NCBI GenBank assembly: GCA_964016885.1
Contig: OZ024752.1
Coordinates: 48,856,001-48,920,000 of the forward strand
DNA length: 64,000 bases
Source of the DNA: Eledone cirrhosa
Lineage: Eukaryota
Direction: 5' to 3'
Both the position numbers and the translations under genes were made by a program. Positions 1 through 14,839 of this stretch are shown here, one piece after another; positions within the stretch are counted from its first letter, which is position 1; each line of letters begins with the position of its first letter. The notes under the pieces were generated by a model. The model ran no database searches and had not been told where the DNA came from. It worked only from the letters and a program-made list of their open reading frames with translations.

Positions 1-620
1 CCACCATCACCAACCACTACAACCACCACCATCACCATCACCACCCCTACCCCCATCACCACAACACCACCACCACCACTACTACCACCACAACCACCAA
101 AACCAACACGACCACCACTACCACCAACAAAGCACCAACACCATCACCACCACTACAACCCCCCCACCCCCCACCCCCATCACCACAACACCATCACCAC
201 CACCACCAACACAACCACAACACCACCACGACCATCACCACCACCACCCCCATCACCACAAACACCATCACCACCACCACCAACACAACCACAACACCAC
301 CACCACCAACACCACCACCACCACAACACCCCCTCCCATCACCCTCCACCTCTTACCCCCCACCATTGATTTTTGGTTCATATTTACAAGTTTATCAGTC
401 TGGTGTAGAACATATTTCGAGATGGGCTCCATTAAGGAATAAATATAACATAATTGGGTTTATCTCTTTTACCATCTCATCATTTCTTCCTGGCTATTGT
501 TATTGTTATTGTTATTGCTGTTGTTGTTGTTGTTGTTGTTATTGTTCTTGTTGTTGTTTTGTTGTTTAGTGATAGTTTGTTATGTTTTTTTTTATTTTTT
601 ATAATTGTTGTCATTATGTA

Positions 621-622
<2 letters not shown>

Positions 623-651
<29 letters not shown>

Positions 652-1440
652 TTTATGTATGGATGTATTTATGTATGTATGTATGTATGTATGTATGTAT
701 TTATGTATGGATGTATGTATGTATGTATGTATGTATGTATGCATGTATGTATGTATGTATGTATTTATGTATGGATGTATTTATGTATGGATGTATGTAT
801 GTATGTATGTATGTATGTATGTATGTATGTATGTATGTATGTATGTATTTATGTATGAGTATGGATGTATGTATGTATGTATGTATGTATGTATGTATGT
901 ATTTATGTATGTATGTATTTATGTATTTATGTATGTATGTATGTATGTATTTATGTATGGATGTATTTATGTATGTATGTATTTATGTATGTATGTATTT
1001 ATGTATGTATTTATGTATGTATGTATGTATGTATGTATGTATGTATGTATGTATGTATGTATTTATGTATGGATGTATTTATGTATGTATGTATGTATGG
1101 ATGTATGTATGTATGTATGTATTTATGTATGGATGTGTATATGTATGTATGTATGTATTTATGTATGTATGTATGTATTTATGTATGTATGTATTTATGT
1201 ACGTACGTTCATATATGTATGTATGTATATATGTATATACATTCGTATGAATTTATGTATGTATGTACATTCATATGTATGTATGTATTTATGTATGTTT
1301 ATATATATTTTTGTATGTATGTACCTACATTCATATGTATGTATGTATGTATCTATGTACGTACATTTGTATGTCTGTACACATGTATGTATGTATATAT
1401 GTATGTATATATGTATGTATATATGTACGTACGTTCATAT
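623..1440. repeat. (ATGT)n microsatellite
   Basis: Direct reading. Confidence 0.95.
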
Positions 1441-1729
1441 ATATTTGATATGCAAATATCAATATGTGTATATGTGTCAATGTATGCATATATTCTTATG
1501 CATACATAATGTGTGTGTGTGTATATATATATGGGAAGTTATGTGTATGTATGTGTGTGTGTGAGTAAATATATGTATATATGCAAGTGTGTGTGAGTAT
1601 ATAAATATAGAAATAAATACGTAAATTTGTGTATATATATATATATATAATCATATACAATCTCTAAATTATATTTATACTCTAACCATTCAATTACATT
1701 TGTTTTTTTTGTTATTATTATTATTGAAA

Positions 1730-1992
1730 TTGGAGTATGTGTCTGTAAATTAAGGGTGTAAAACTGGGAGAGGGCACTTGCCCTGGTGGTCAGGGTCACT
1801 GTGGTCTTTTAATGGGCTTTCTCCACAAATGTCCCTCGGAAGTCTCCCCCCCTATTGGGGAATTTTTCTTTGTTATTTTATTTCATCCTCTGTTTTTTTT
1901 ACACGCAGAAATGCCCATTTGTATTGTCCTGTACTGTCCTTAATGTCTACTTTATGTAAACCCTTGTGGTTAATAAAGAAAACATTATTATT
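1730..1992 (+). mobile_element. 3' UTR fragment of the same L1/Tx1-like LINE (coding scrap also at 3868-3972; 3' tip at 41895-42030)
   Basis: Matches the reverse complement of 23240-23485. 3868-3972 translates LSGQALINFFKFLYKRDVRVEREVL. Confidence 0.75.
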
Positions 1993-2029
1993 GAAATTGG
2001 AATTATTATTATTATTATTATTATTTTAA

Positions 2030-3865
2030 ATTCTGTTGAGTTCAATGTTGCTTTTCATCCTTCCAGAGCCCATAAAATAAAATACCAGTAATGCACTGGG
2101 GTGGATTTAATTGACAACTTTGCTCTTCATCCCTACGGGGGTCGATAAAATAAAGTACCAGTAATGCACTGGGGATAATTGCTGGCCTTGTGCCAAAAGT
2201 AGAAACAATTATTATCATTGGCAGCATCGGTAGAGCGTCAATAGTGAATGCCTGGTATTTTAAAGATAATTGTTTCTACTTTTGGCACAAGGCCAGCAAT
2301 CATCCCAGTGTATTACTGGTACTTTATTTTATCGACCCCCATAAGGATGAAAGGCAAAGTTAACCTCGGCGAGATTTGAACTCAGACCATAAAGGGCCGT
2401 AACTCTATGCTGCAAAGCATGGCGTCCGACCCTCTACCGATACTGCCAATCCATGGCCATAAAAGAGTTTAAAATTTCAGATTGTAGTGACTTCATTGAT
2501 GTCCAGGAAAACAGACATTAGTATGGCTTCTAGTATCGATATCTCTACCAAAGATCAGCTGACAGATAGAAATACACACTATAAACCTTTGAAGAACCAA
2601 TGGTAGAGAAACTACTTAAAGATTAAATGTCTTATCTGCTTTCTTCTCTCAACACTGATTTCATTACAGATCTCATGCAAAAACAGGTGAATGAATTCAT
2701 TAATTTGCATATTCCTTGGATGATGGCTTATGAAACAATATTCTTTAGTCATTCAGTTAATATCCTAACTGATGTCCAGCTAAAGTCATTGCTACTGTCA
2801 TTGTCACCATAACTATGACAATGGCTATCACCATGGGGGGAAGAAGACATACCACTCTAACTTGTCTCAGTTAATCTAACTGAAAATATCTACTATGTTT
2901 TTACCAATAGTTGTTTCTACTTTTGGCACAAGGCCAGCAATTACCCAGTACATGATTTCTACTATAGGCACAAGGCCAGCAATTTTGGGGAGGGGAAAGT
3001 TGATTAAATCAACCCAGTGTGTTACTGGTACTTTATTTTATTGACTCCGTAAGGATGAAAGACAAAGTTAACCTCGGTGAGATTTGAACTCAGAACATAA
3101 AGGGCCATAACTCTATGCTGCTAAGCATGGTGTCTGACGCTATATCGATACTGCTAAACCACCGCCCTAATAATAATAATAATTGTTTCTACTTTAGGCA
3201 CAAGGCCAGCAATTACCCAGTGCATTACTGGTACTTTATTTTATCGACCCCGTAAGGATGAAAGGCAAAGTTAACCTCGGCGGGATTTGAGCTCAGAATG
3301 GCAAGGGCCATAACTCTATGCATCAAAGCATGGCACCCGACCCTCTACCAGTACTGCCAATCCACTACCAATAGTGTCCAGATACATGCATCAATTATTG
3401 TGCATTGCAGCATAGAGTTATGGCCCTTTAGGTTCTCGGTTCAAATCTCGCCGAAGTTAACTTTGCCTTTCATCCTTACGGGGTCGATAAAGATAAAATA
3501 AAATACCAGTAATGCACTTGGGTAATTGCTGGCCTTGTGCCAAAAGTAGAAACAATTATTATTATTATTATTATTATTATTAGTCGTTTAGCAGTATCGA
3601 TAGAGCATCAGACACCATGCTTAGCAGCATAGAGTTATGGCCCTTTATGTTCTGAGTTCAAATCTCACCGAGGTTAACTTTGTCTTTCATCTTTACGGAG
3701 TCAATAAAATAAAGTACCAGTAACACACTGGGGTTGATTTAATCAACTTTCCCCTCCTCCCCAAAATTGCTGGCCTTGTGCCTAAAATAGAAACAATTAT
3801 TATTATAACTCAATAAAATGAAGTACCAGTAATGCACTGGGGTAATTGCTGACCTTGTGTCTAAA
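2030..3865. mobile_element. Cluster of tRNA-derived SINEs with Meta/MESC-like central domain, both orientations
   Basis: B-box GAGTTCAAATCC, core TTTGCCTTTCATCCTTACGGGGTCGATAAAATAAAGTACCAG, (ATT)n tail. Confidence 0.85.
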
Positions 3866-4133
3866 AAGATTGAGGACAGGAATCATCCTCTCTGGCCAAG
3901 CCCTCATCAACTTCTTCAAGTTCCTCTACAAGAGGGATGTGAGGGTAGAGAGGGAGGTGCTGCCTTTTAGTATATAAATATATACACACACATATATATA
4001 TATATAATGTATAGCTTTATTGATTGATAGATATATACATATAGAAATATATATCTATATACATACATCTTTAGACATATATATCATTTATCTATACAGT
4101 TACTTTTAAATACATGAAGTATACACATACACT

Positions 4134-4165
<32 letters not shown>

Positions 4166-4659
4166 ATATATAAATTAATTGATTGATAGATATATACACA
4201 TAGAAATATATATCTATATACATACATCTGTAGACATATATATCATATATCTATACAGTTACTTCTAAATACATGAAGTAAATATTGACTGTGATGGAAC
4301 AATGAGAAAAACCCACTAACATTACTTATAAATGACCTAGAAATTTAAATACCCTTGATATAGTTAAGTTATTCATTGCATATTATTTCTGCCTATTATT
4401 TATCTTTCTAATTCTCTGCGGTATTTGAAAGCTAATTCAGTCTTTGAAGGATTTGAACTCAAGGCAGTAAACTAAAGAATGACTTGTCAATTATCCAATT
4501 TATTTCACATTTGTCTCACATTAAAAATTATAGATTAGCTTTGTTTGTCGCTATAAATATTGAGAAAAATGCCAATAAATTCAAACATTATATTCTGTGG
4601 TTCCTTCCTTTAGAGAATTTATCATAAATAGCATTTCATTTATTTTACTTATTCTTTAA

Positions 4660-5005
4660 CTCTTTTGTTACCATATTTCTAATAAAAGACACAGCCTATC
4701 ATTTCCAAATAACTTTGAAAATAACTGAAAATTAGGCGAGAATTCATAAAGTAAGTGTTTTATAATTATGCTGGTGTCTGGAACTTAACAGCTGTTCTTA
4801 CATAAAATTGAGATGGAAGGTTTTTATATAAGCTGGCCCCATTTATAAGCCGAGGCAACTAATCAACATGTTACAATTAGATGGTGTGGTTTTGAAATTC
4901 TCATGAGTGGAGAATATATATATATTAGATAAATATAACTGTTAAAATAAATAGCTTTGTATCATAAAGCCAGAACTGGTTCCAGGTAGTTTCGTATCAC
5001 AAGAG
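4660..5005. mobile_element. Possible older TTAA-type MITE
   Basis: TTAA|CTCTTTTGTTAC...GTATCACAAGAG|TTAG imperfect termini. Confidence 0.4.
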
Positions 5006-5108
5006 TTAGAATGTCATCATTTTATATCCATTCCTGCAAGTTTGCATGGTTTGGCCAAGTCTTTTCTACAGTATCTTACCACTTGTCACAATACATTGTG
5101 ATGTTTAA

Positions 5109-5327
5109 CCCTTTAGCATTCACATTACTCTATGTCTACTGTTGTATTTTCACAGTAAACACTTTATATCCCATAATTATCTCACATAATATCAAATCGA
5201 GATTTTGATATTATTTATTTCAAGAACAATACTTTAACATAAGTATGAGCAGCCAGTTACAGCCAGTTTGAATAGAAATGAGGTGAGAGGCTTCTGACCG
5301 GATATGGCCGGTTTAAATGCCAAAGGG
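5109..5327. mobile_element. piggyBac-type MITE
   Basis: TTAA|CCCTTTAGCATT...AATGCCAAAGGG|TTAA terminal inverted repeats and target duplication. Confidence 0.8.
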
Positions 5328-5814
5328 TTAAACTCCTGAGATCAATCTTCAACATTATTTCATGTGTTTGCTTTGCTCTTCTACTGCAGATTCCTTCTTC
5401 CTTCCTCTGCTTAGATATTTGGGCACCTCTTTTCCCTCATCACATATCCTTCACAGTTCATTGACACAAACATTACAATTCCAATGAAACCCCCCCACAC
5501 ACACACACATGCACACCTCATTTCTTTCCAGCTCTTGTACATCCTCTGCAATCAATACAACCTTTTTCAATTACTATACAATCTTATACAAACATCAAAT
5601 AATTCTTCCTTTACACAAAAGAGAGAATTCCTTTGTTGCCAACAGAAGTGGTAGCTCTATAAGCTTCCTCTGCTTTCTTACATTAGCTACTATACTTTCA
5701 TAGTACTCACTGCTATTGTTAATTAGGTTACAAAGATAATACAAGGTTGCTCAGTTCTTTGAAGATAGGATTTTAATAACTCTAACTTTTATTCTAATAT
5801 TCTGATTATAAGCA

Positions 5815-6040
5815 ACAGAAGACCTTACACCTACCAACAAGACTCTGCTCCATCTGATAAGGCCAAGATGACCCAAGAAAGGATGAACTACAATCTTCAT
5901 GATCAATTCATCACAAACATAGCCTCCTAGCTTTCCGGTCCTGAATCCTTTGGACTACTATATATGAGGCATAGTCAAGAGGGAAGTCAGTCAACAACCC
6001 TCATCATACTCTAAAATCTCTGAAGTCTGCCATAACTAGC
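5815..6040 (+). pseudogene. Tc1/mariner-superfamily (probably DD37D/maT-like) transposase remnant
   Basis: RPYTYQQDSAPSDKAKMTQE..PPSFPVLNPLDYYI*GIV..HHTLKSLKSAI matches FQQDSAPxH..WPPSSPDLNPLDY, with frameshifts and a stop. Confidence 0.8.
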
Positions 6041-6261
6041 ACAAAATATATGTCCAAAAATATATGGAAATTATATTAACCTATTTTAATCTTGGATAGA
6101 ATTATGAGAAAAAAATAAATAAATAAAACAAACACAGAACTATTGTAAAAATAAGGATAAACAAAAACAATAAACAAATGAACAAACAAAAATAGATTTG
6201 TTGTTATAACTATGAATTGTTAAGCTGATGGCCACTAGAAATGGTTATTGATCGCATATAA

Positions 6262-6382
<121 letters not shown>

Positions 6383-6600
6383 AATATATATACATATAAA
6401 TATAAATATATAAACATATAAATATATATAAATATATATACACATATATATAAAATATATATAAATATATATACACATATATATAAATATATATAAATAT
6501 ATATATACATATATATATATATAAATATATATACACATATATATAAATATATATAAAAATAAATATATACATATATATATACATATATATATATATATTC

Positions 6601-6641
<41 letters not shown>

Positions 6642-6745
6642 AATATATATACATATACATATATATATAAATATATATACACATATATATAAATATATAT
6701 AAAAATAAATATATACATATATATATACATATAGATATATATTCA

Positions 6746-6789
<44 letters not shown>

Positions 6790-7042
6790 AATATATATAC
6801 ATATATATATTTTTCTTTATGTATATAGATATATAAAGGAAGGAAGGTAGACTCTATGCTTAAATTACACCCTTCCTGTTCCTGTGGAACCAATCCCAAG
6901 CCCCCCACCGACACCTACAATAAATATATCCATTCACTGTGTCCTGTTCCATTCTCAGGTTCAGGGGACACACGTTCCACTCCATCATACTACACCCTGC
7001 CTCCTCCCAGCTGTGATCCCCTATGTAAAAAATATATGTGAG

Positions 7043-7084
<42 letters not shown>

Positions 7085-7109
7085 CTCACATATATTTTTT
7101 ATATATATA

Positions 7110-7221
<112 letters not shown>

Positions 7222-7236
7222 CTCACTTATATTTTT

Positions 7237-7322
<86 letters not shown>

Positions 7323-7337
7323 CTCACATATATTTTT

Positions 7338-7418
<81 letters not shown>

Positions 7419-7472
7419 TTGTTGCTCTCTATTTAGAGAGATATAAACAAATTTATATGTACATATACATAA

Positions 7473-7516
<44 letters not shown>

Positions 7517-7585
7517 GTCTCTCTCTCCCCCTCCCCCTCTCTCTCTCTCTCTATATATATATATTAAAAGACATATATCTATATT

Positions 7586-7695
<110 letters not shown>

Positions 7696-8541
7696 CATAC
7701 ATACATAAAGCAATATACACACATAAAAACTAAAATAAAACGAAAATATACTACCCCTACCCTTACACCTAACACCACCCCACTCCACCAAAAAAAAAAA
7801 AAAACAACAGACAAACACAACAAAAACAACACAATAAAGCTACTGTATAGTCTGATTATTCATATCTCGTGTGACAGTGAAAAAAAAAACACGATATTCT
7901 CTTCTATTCTGCCATTCTCCCTAAACAAAACCATACGGCTTGAATATACAAATATACATTGAATTGCCTCTAATGGCCAACACATATTGAACATTATCGT
8001 TAACAGAGCTGATACCGAGAAAGAAGAGAAGCTATAAAACATGGCAGGGAAACTTACATACATACAGACAATAAAAAAAGATGTAGTACAGTATATGTGA
8101 TGGGGTAAAGAAATGGGAGGAAAAAGAGAAAAGACCAACAGCCCTGAAATGAAGGTGTTGTATGGTTGTATGTATGAAATTAGGGGCTAGGGTTAATTTG
8201 TGTAAGCGTTGGTGTATATATATATATATATATGTGTGTGTATGTATATATATGTGTATACGAATATATATATGCATATATATATATATATATGCATATA
8301 TATATATATATGCATATATATATATATACATATATTTATACATATATATACATATATTTATACATATATATACATATATTTATACATATATATACATATA
8401 TTTATACACATATATATATATATATATATATATATGCATATATATATATGCATATATATATATACATATATTTATACATATATATACATATATTTATACA
8501 TATATATACATATATTTATACATATATATACATATATTTAT

Positions 8542-8594
<53 letters not shown>

Positions 8595-9149
8595 TATAAT
8601 GTTGTATAACTGTGAAGGCTAGATGTAGATATTCATAATCCATTTTATTCATAATCCCTAATCCATTTAATTCATAATACTGTAATACGTATTTCTGTGG
8701 TCTTAATAATTATGTAATGCTGTCATTACACAATTATCAACATGACTTCATTAGATGTCATCTTATATCCATCTCCTCATCAACAGCGTGTATTGTATCA
8801 GATACCAGATATTGAAATTTAAACATACCTTCAATTGCAGGAATATCAAAAATAAAAAGAAACTTTATTCTTATTTACATTTGACCTCTTGTCTAACAAT
8901 AACAGATTGAATATTTATTGAATAAAATTTTGATGTTTTAGAAATGTGCATAACAGGATGATGTAATGTAATAAACTGATGTAGACTATGTGATACACCT
9001 CTCTTCCTTTTCTGAATACACACGCACATATACATATACATATATATATATATTGGAAAAGAGTCAGGACCCCGATCCACTCTACTACCCTAAATATCGA
9101 GTACTCTGGTGCGTTATGGTCCACCTGGTTTCTTACCACACTTTCTTTG

Positions 9150-9207
<58 letters not shown>

Positions 9208-9215
<8 letters not shown>

Positions 9216-9633
9216 AGATCAAAAGATGGTTAAAGGAGTTCCATATATTTTATTATGCGCATTTCAAAAACAAACATCATCAAACAATAATATTTGCGTT
9301 TTCATCAGATAAAACAGGAGAACATGATATGAAGGCTAAAAAACACTTGTTGATAGTGCAGTTTTAAATCAACATATCATATGTTGATTTAAAACTGCAC
9401 TATCAACAAGTGTTTTTTAGCCTTCATATCATGTTCTCCTGTTTTATCTGATGAAAACGCAAATATTATTGTTTGATGATGTTTGTTTTTGAAATGCGCA
9501 TAATAAAATATATGGAACTCCTTTAACCATCTTTTGATCTTATATTATGCATACTCCAGTCCCACAAACTGTAGAGTGCTTCTTATCCGATATCTGCATT
9601 GCTTTATTGTACTACAATAAAACTCACCTCCTA
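9208..9633 (+). mobile_element. (TA)n-embedded fold-back element: 341-bp palindrome (9208-9548) plus ~85-bp unique tail; Penelope-like terminus
   Basis: Arms are reverse complements about C9378, with no mismatch seen. TA tracts lie on both sides. Each arm contains a hammerhead motif. Confidence 0.75.
9440..9510 (+). ncRNA. Minimal type I hammerhead ribozyme (mirror copy on - strand in the left arm)
   Basis: Stem I TGTTTTAT/ATAAAATA; core CTGATGA 9448-9454; long GU-rich stem II; GAAA 9491-9494; palindromic stem III TGCGCA; AUA triplet with predicted cut after 9502. Confidence 0.75.
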
Positions 9634-9778
9634 CATATATATATATATACGTATATATATATGTAAATATACACATACATATATATATCCATATATATAT
9701 ATATATATATATACGTATATAAATATATATGTAAATATACACATACATATATATATATATATCCATATATATATATAT

Positions 9779-9974
9779 ATAGGAACGAGTAGGACCCCGA
9801 CGGCTGAGCTCAAGCCGTTTCGACGGCTAATTCTGGACGAATTAGCCGTCGAAACAGCTTGAGCTCAGCCGTCGGGGTCCTACTCGTTCCTATTACCCAC
9901 TCTACTACCCTAAGTATTGAGTACTTTGGTGCGTTATGGTCCACCTGGTTCCTTACCACATTTCCTTCGTTATA
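9779..9974 (+). mobile_element. Fold-back element family F (half-hammerhead GAAAC-stem III-GUC), copy 1
   Basis: Palindrome 9779-9893 plus 80-bp tail ending in (TA)n. Contains GAAAC(A/G)GCT-TGAGCTC-AGCCGTC-GGGGTC. Confidence 0.7.
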
Positions 9975-10050
9975 TATATATATATATATATACACATATA
10001 TGAACACATATATAGAGAGATAGATATGACTATATAAACACACACACACA

Positions 10051-10088
<38 letters not shown>

Positions 10089-10507
10089 GCCATACATATA
10101 CACATACATACACACACACATACATACATACATTTAGATTACATCGGTAGGTACCAAGTAGACAGACATGTCGGTAAGTCTGTGGAAATATATACAACTG
10201 AGAGACCATAATCACACTGTAGGTGGCTACATTAAACGTGACGATATATATGACATACAGTCACACATATTGTCACATACCCCCCCCCCCCCCCCCCGCC
10301 GGCACCAATGTCAGGTGATAGTGATAGTTACAGGGCAATTTAAAGAGGATTTTCTCCAGCTATTGCCAATCTAACTACCATTTCTTATTGCTTACAACTT
10401 AATCTTTGGTCACCAAACTGGAACAATTTTTATGCCAATCATTACCATATACTTAATTGCTTGTGGAGAGAACATACGATGTTTGCAGACATTTATTTCT
10501 CTCTCTC

Positions 10508-10544
<37 letters not shown>

Positions 10545-10632
10545 GATGTAGGTATGTATTTATATACATGCATACATATGTCTATGTATGTGTAAATTTG
10601 TATAGTCCTAGTAGAAGCCATTTCTATATTAT

Positions 10633-10708
<76 letters not shown>

Positions 10709-10916
10709 TAATACCCTTGCAAGCAGGGAAAAGCAGACGTAAAATGATGATGATATATATATATATATGTATGTGTGTGTTTGTGTATATGTAGGTATGT
10801 ATGTGAGAGAATTATGGGGAACAAATATGGAATGTGTCTAGCTTTCCATGCTTGTATAAATGGTAAGGTACTCAATAGGTTAGTAGAGTGTAAAACATCA
10901 GGTTTAATATAGAAAT

Positions 10917-10996
10917 AGCTTCTACAGGACTAGAACTGTTTCATTCAAAAGAAAACGATTTATTTTGAATGAAACAATTCTAGTCATGTAGAAGCT
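10917..10996. repeat. 80-bp imperfect palindrome with GAAAC...GTC half-hammerhead
   Basis: AGCTTCTACAGGACTAGAACTGTTTCATTCAAAA..TTTTGAATGAAACAATTCTAGTCATGTAGAAGCT, next to a TA tract. Confidence 0.55.
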
Positions 10997-11033
10997 GTGA
11001 TATAACCATGATATATATATCGATTCATATCCG

Positions 11034-11097
<64 letters not shown>

Positions 11098-11387
11098 TAT
11101 AAAGTGGTCATGTAGGTGCCATGACAAAAAGCACCCAGTCCACGCTGAAAAGTAGTTGATTTTAGGAAGGGCATCCAGCTGTAGAAACCAAACTAAAATC
11201 AGTTCTATATATATGTCAAATACGGTGACCTGATCTAGACATTGACCACAACAGGACAACTCGTCTAACCCATTCCAGCATGGAAAAATGGATATAAATG
11301 GACATAAATGGACAAAAATGGACATAAATGGACAAAAATGGACATGATGATATATATATATATACACATATATATACATATATATAT

Positions 11388-11775
11388 ATGGAGGCACATG
11401 GCTTAGTGGTTAGAGCATTGGCCTTGCAATCGAAAGGTTGTGAGTTCAATTCTCAGACCGGGTGATGTGTTGTTTCCTTGAGCAATGTTGTTTCACATTG
11501 CTCCAGTTTACTCAGCTGTAGAAATGAGATGATAGGGACTGGGGTCCCTATCATTCCACTGCAAAGTGGTCGTGGAGGTGTCACGGCAAAAAAGCAACCA
11601 GCACTCACTGTAAATGAGGTTGGTGTTAGGAAGGGCATCCAGCTGTAGAAATCAAGCCAGAATCAGTTCCTGTATGAGCAAGGCAAGGTCAGCCGACCAG
11701 ACACTGCCCACAACAGGACAACCCATCTAACCCATGCTAGCATGGAAGAACGGACGTAAAACGGTGATAATGATG
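11388..11775 (+). mobile_element. tRNA-derived CORE-like SINE with RTE-type tail
   Basis: A box TGGCTTAGTGG, B box GAGTTCAATTC, CCTTGAGCAA core, tail ..GGACGTAAAACGGTGAT. Related pieces at 11095-11350, 11900-12010(-), 31265-31840, 39741-40100(-), 57030-57275. Confidence 0.85.
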
Positions 11776-12240
11776 ATATATATATATATACATATACTTT
11801 TTTTAGGCGATTGACTTTCGTCAAATCAGACTGACGAAACAATGTTTCCATTGGTCTTTCCAGTTGCTAAGACTATCTATCGGTCGTAACTCCGGTAGAA
11901 GGAGCAACGTGAAATAAAATGTCTTGCTCAAGGACATAGCGCATCGCCTGGTCTGGGAATCGAACTGACAACCTCACGATTGAGAATCCAGTTCTCTAAC
12001 CAATCAGCCATATATAATTCTGCTTAGTTGACTGTATCTAGGTGATTACGCTGTCGAAATATTCGATAAATATCCCACTACAGCCGACGCGAAGCGCTAG
12101 TTTTGGTTATTTGTCGGAGATTCCTTCATAGAAGCCTTATTCTTATAGCCTGGTCTATTCGATTTTTTATATAGTTAATTATGCTAATTGGGAGAGGAAA
12201 TAGTATATATTTTATCTTGTGATTCTATAGACATGTTTTA

Positions 12241-12279
<39 letters not shown>

Positions 12280-12746
12280 TATATAAGTATGTACATGTAC
12301 ATACATATATGTATACAGACGTACATATATACATACTTGCACATATATAGATAATTTAATATATCAACTAACATAAGCGCACAGATGCACGTCCATGCCA
12401 GCAAATACACAGGTTATGTCATAGTACCTAGGTGGTTCAATGCAGGAGGATGCAGAACAATAATATAAAAGACGTAAAATAAGAAAATATTTAAAAAAAA
12501 ATTTTTTTAAATTTTTAAAAATTTTTTAAAAAATATTTTCTTATTTTACGTCTTTTATACTTGCACATATATATATATATGTACGTATGGATTATATTTA
12601 AGTAACAGTCGTACTAAGAGTGGGAAATAAAATTTTGTTTCATTTTTTTCCATTTATATATATATATATATATAGTTATGTGTAAGCTCTGTTACCTACA
12701 TAGAGCACTCTTTTTTCCTGGACTTTTCCAACGGAATTACTTCATT

Positions 12747-12804
<58 letters not shown>

Positions 12805-12848
12805 GCCGTCGAAACGGCTTGAGCTCAGCCGTCGGGGTCTTACTTGTT

Positions 12849-12930
<82 letters not shown>

Positions 12931-13170
12931 GTAATAATAATAAATTTGAAGACTAAAATCCAAAGAGGGCTCGATAAGGATAAATATATATCAAATATAT
13001 AAGATCCGTAGAGCAAATATTTATTAAAATAACAGATTAAAGTTTAAGCAAAGAATCGCTGCTTTCACCCTTAACGGGATCTTCTGAAATTAGTTAGTTT
13101 CAGAAGAACCCGTTAAGGGTGAAAGCACCGATTCTTTGCTTAAACTTTAATCTGTTATTTTAATAAATAT
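12931..13170 (-). mobile_element. Fold-back element family E with hammerhead-like motif (other copies 16996-17172, 49797-49921)
   Basis: Palindrome 13017-13170. CAGAAGA-ACCC-GTTAA-GGGT-GAAA is a non-canonical core. TA flanks in all copies. Confidence 0.6.
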
Positions 13171-13217
13171 ATATATATATATATATATGTATATGTATAT
13201 ATATATTTACACATACA

Positions 13218-13405
13218 AATAATTGTTTCTACTTTAGGCACAAGGCCAGCAATTATCCAGTGCATTACTGGTACTTTATTTTATCGACCCCGTAAGGATG
13301 AAAGGCAAAGTCAACCTCGGCGGGATTTGAACTCAGATTGTAAAGGGACGTAACTAAGCTGGCAAGCATGGTGTCCGACCCTCTACCGATACTGCCAATC
13401 CACCA
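13218..13405 (-). mobile_element. Full-length Meta-like SINE with target-site duplication
   Basis: ATTTACACATACAAATAAT is present on both sides. Other copies: 30136-30305(+), 32463-32655(-), 46645-47055(-), 53405-53590(-). Confidence 0.9.
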
Positions 13406-13693
13406 TTTACACATACAAATAATGGTTTTAGATTATATCCACACATATAATGAAAGTGTAATTATTGGATGAAGGTAAGGACTTGAATGTATTGTCAAAG
13501 CTATAAAAGGTGTCACATCTCTTTCCTTACGTCATTCCTTCTATTATGTTATTTTTTAAAATCAAAACGGAACTCAAACACCCTACTTCTGTTGACAACA
13601 ATGACAGTCTTTATACATTTTACATAATAACTATTACAATTGCTTTTATAATTGTTCAGATTTTCTTCATTAGATTTTCTCTTTAATATAAAT

Positions 13694-13746
<53 letters not shown>

Positions 13747-13946
13747 TATATATATATATATATATGCTTATATATATGTATATATATATATATGCATACA
13801 TATATACGCATTTATTTATATATATATGCATTTATATATATATATATATATATGCGTATATATATATACATATATATATGCATACATATATACATATATA
13901 TATGCATACATATATGCATATATATATATATACATATATATATGCT

Positions 13947-13980
<34 letters not shown>

Positions 13981-14020
13981 TATATATATACATATATATA
14001 TGCATACATATATACATATA

Positions 14021-14076
<56 letters not shown>

Positions 14077-14285
14077 CAGAAACATATATATGCATGTATA
14101 CATACATATTTATGAATGTTTGTGTGTATATATATATACACACACATTTATATACAGACATCCATACATATATACTTACTGTATACAATTCTCACACATT
14201 GACACACACACATATTCTCCATTTCTTCCTCATCATGCTCTAATTCTTTATGATTTCAAGATATTAAATTCTTGAATTTTAAATG

Positions 14286-14347
<62 letters not shown>

Positions 14348-14399
14348 GTGTGCTCAATTTTAAAGAATTTCTTGTTTGACCAAATATAGTTCAAACACA

Positions 14400-14439
<40 letters not shown>

Positions 14440-14442
14440 TAA

Positions 14443-14482
<40 letters not shown>

Positions 14483-14774
14483 AATAATTTAAAAAAAAAA
14501 AAAATTTAAATTTGTGAAAAATGTTAATCTCAGAAAAAAAAAAAACATTTTTTTCAAAGAATTTTATTATTACTATTAATTTATTTATTAATTTCTTTTT
14601 TTTTTTACGAAAGAAATTTTTATTATTATTAGATGACATTTGGAACACATACACACAAACACACACGAAAAAAAAAAAAAAAAATGATTAAGTTGTAACA
14701 TAAATTCACGCAGTTTTTTTTTTTTATTAAACAAATTATAACAACGGCAGGAATCTAAGTTACAACCTAATATA

Positions 14775-14839
<65 letters not shown>

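Noticed and set aside
11388-11460. tRNA gene
   Set aside because: A/B boxes belong to a SINE head that continues into core and LINE tail.
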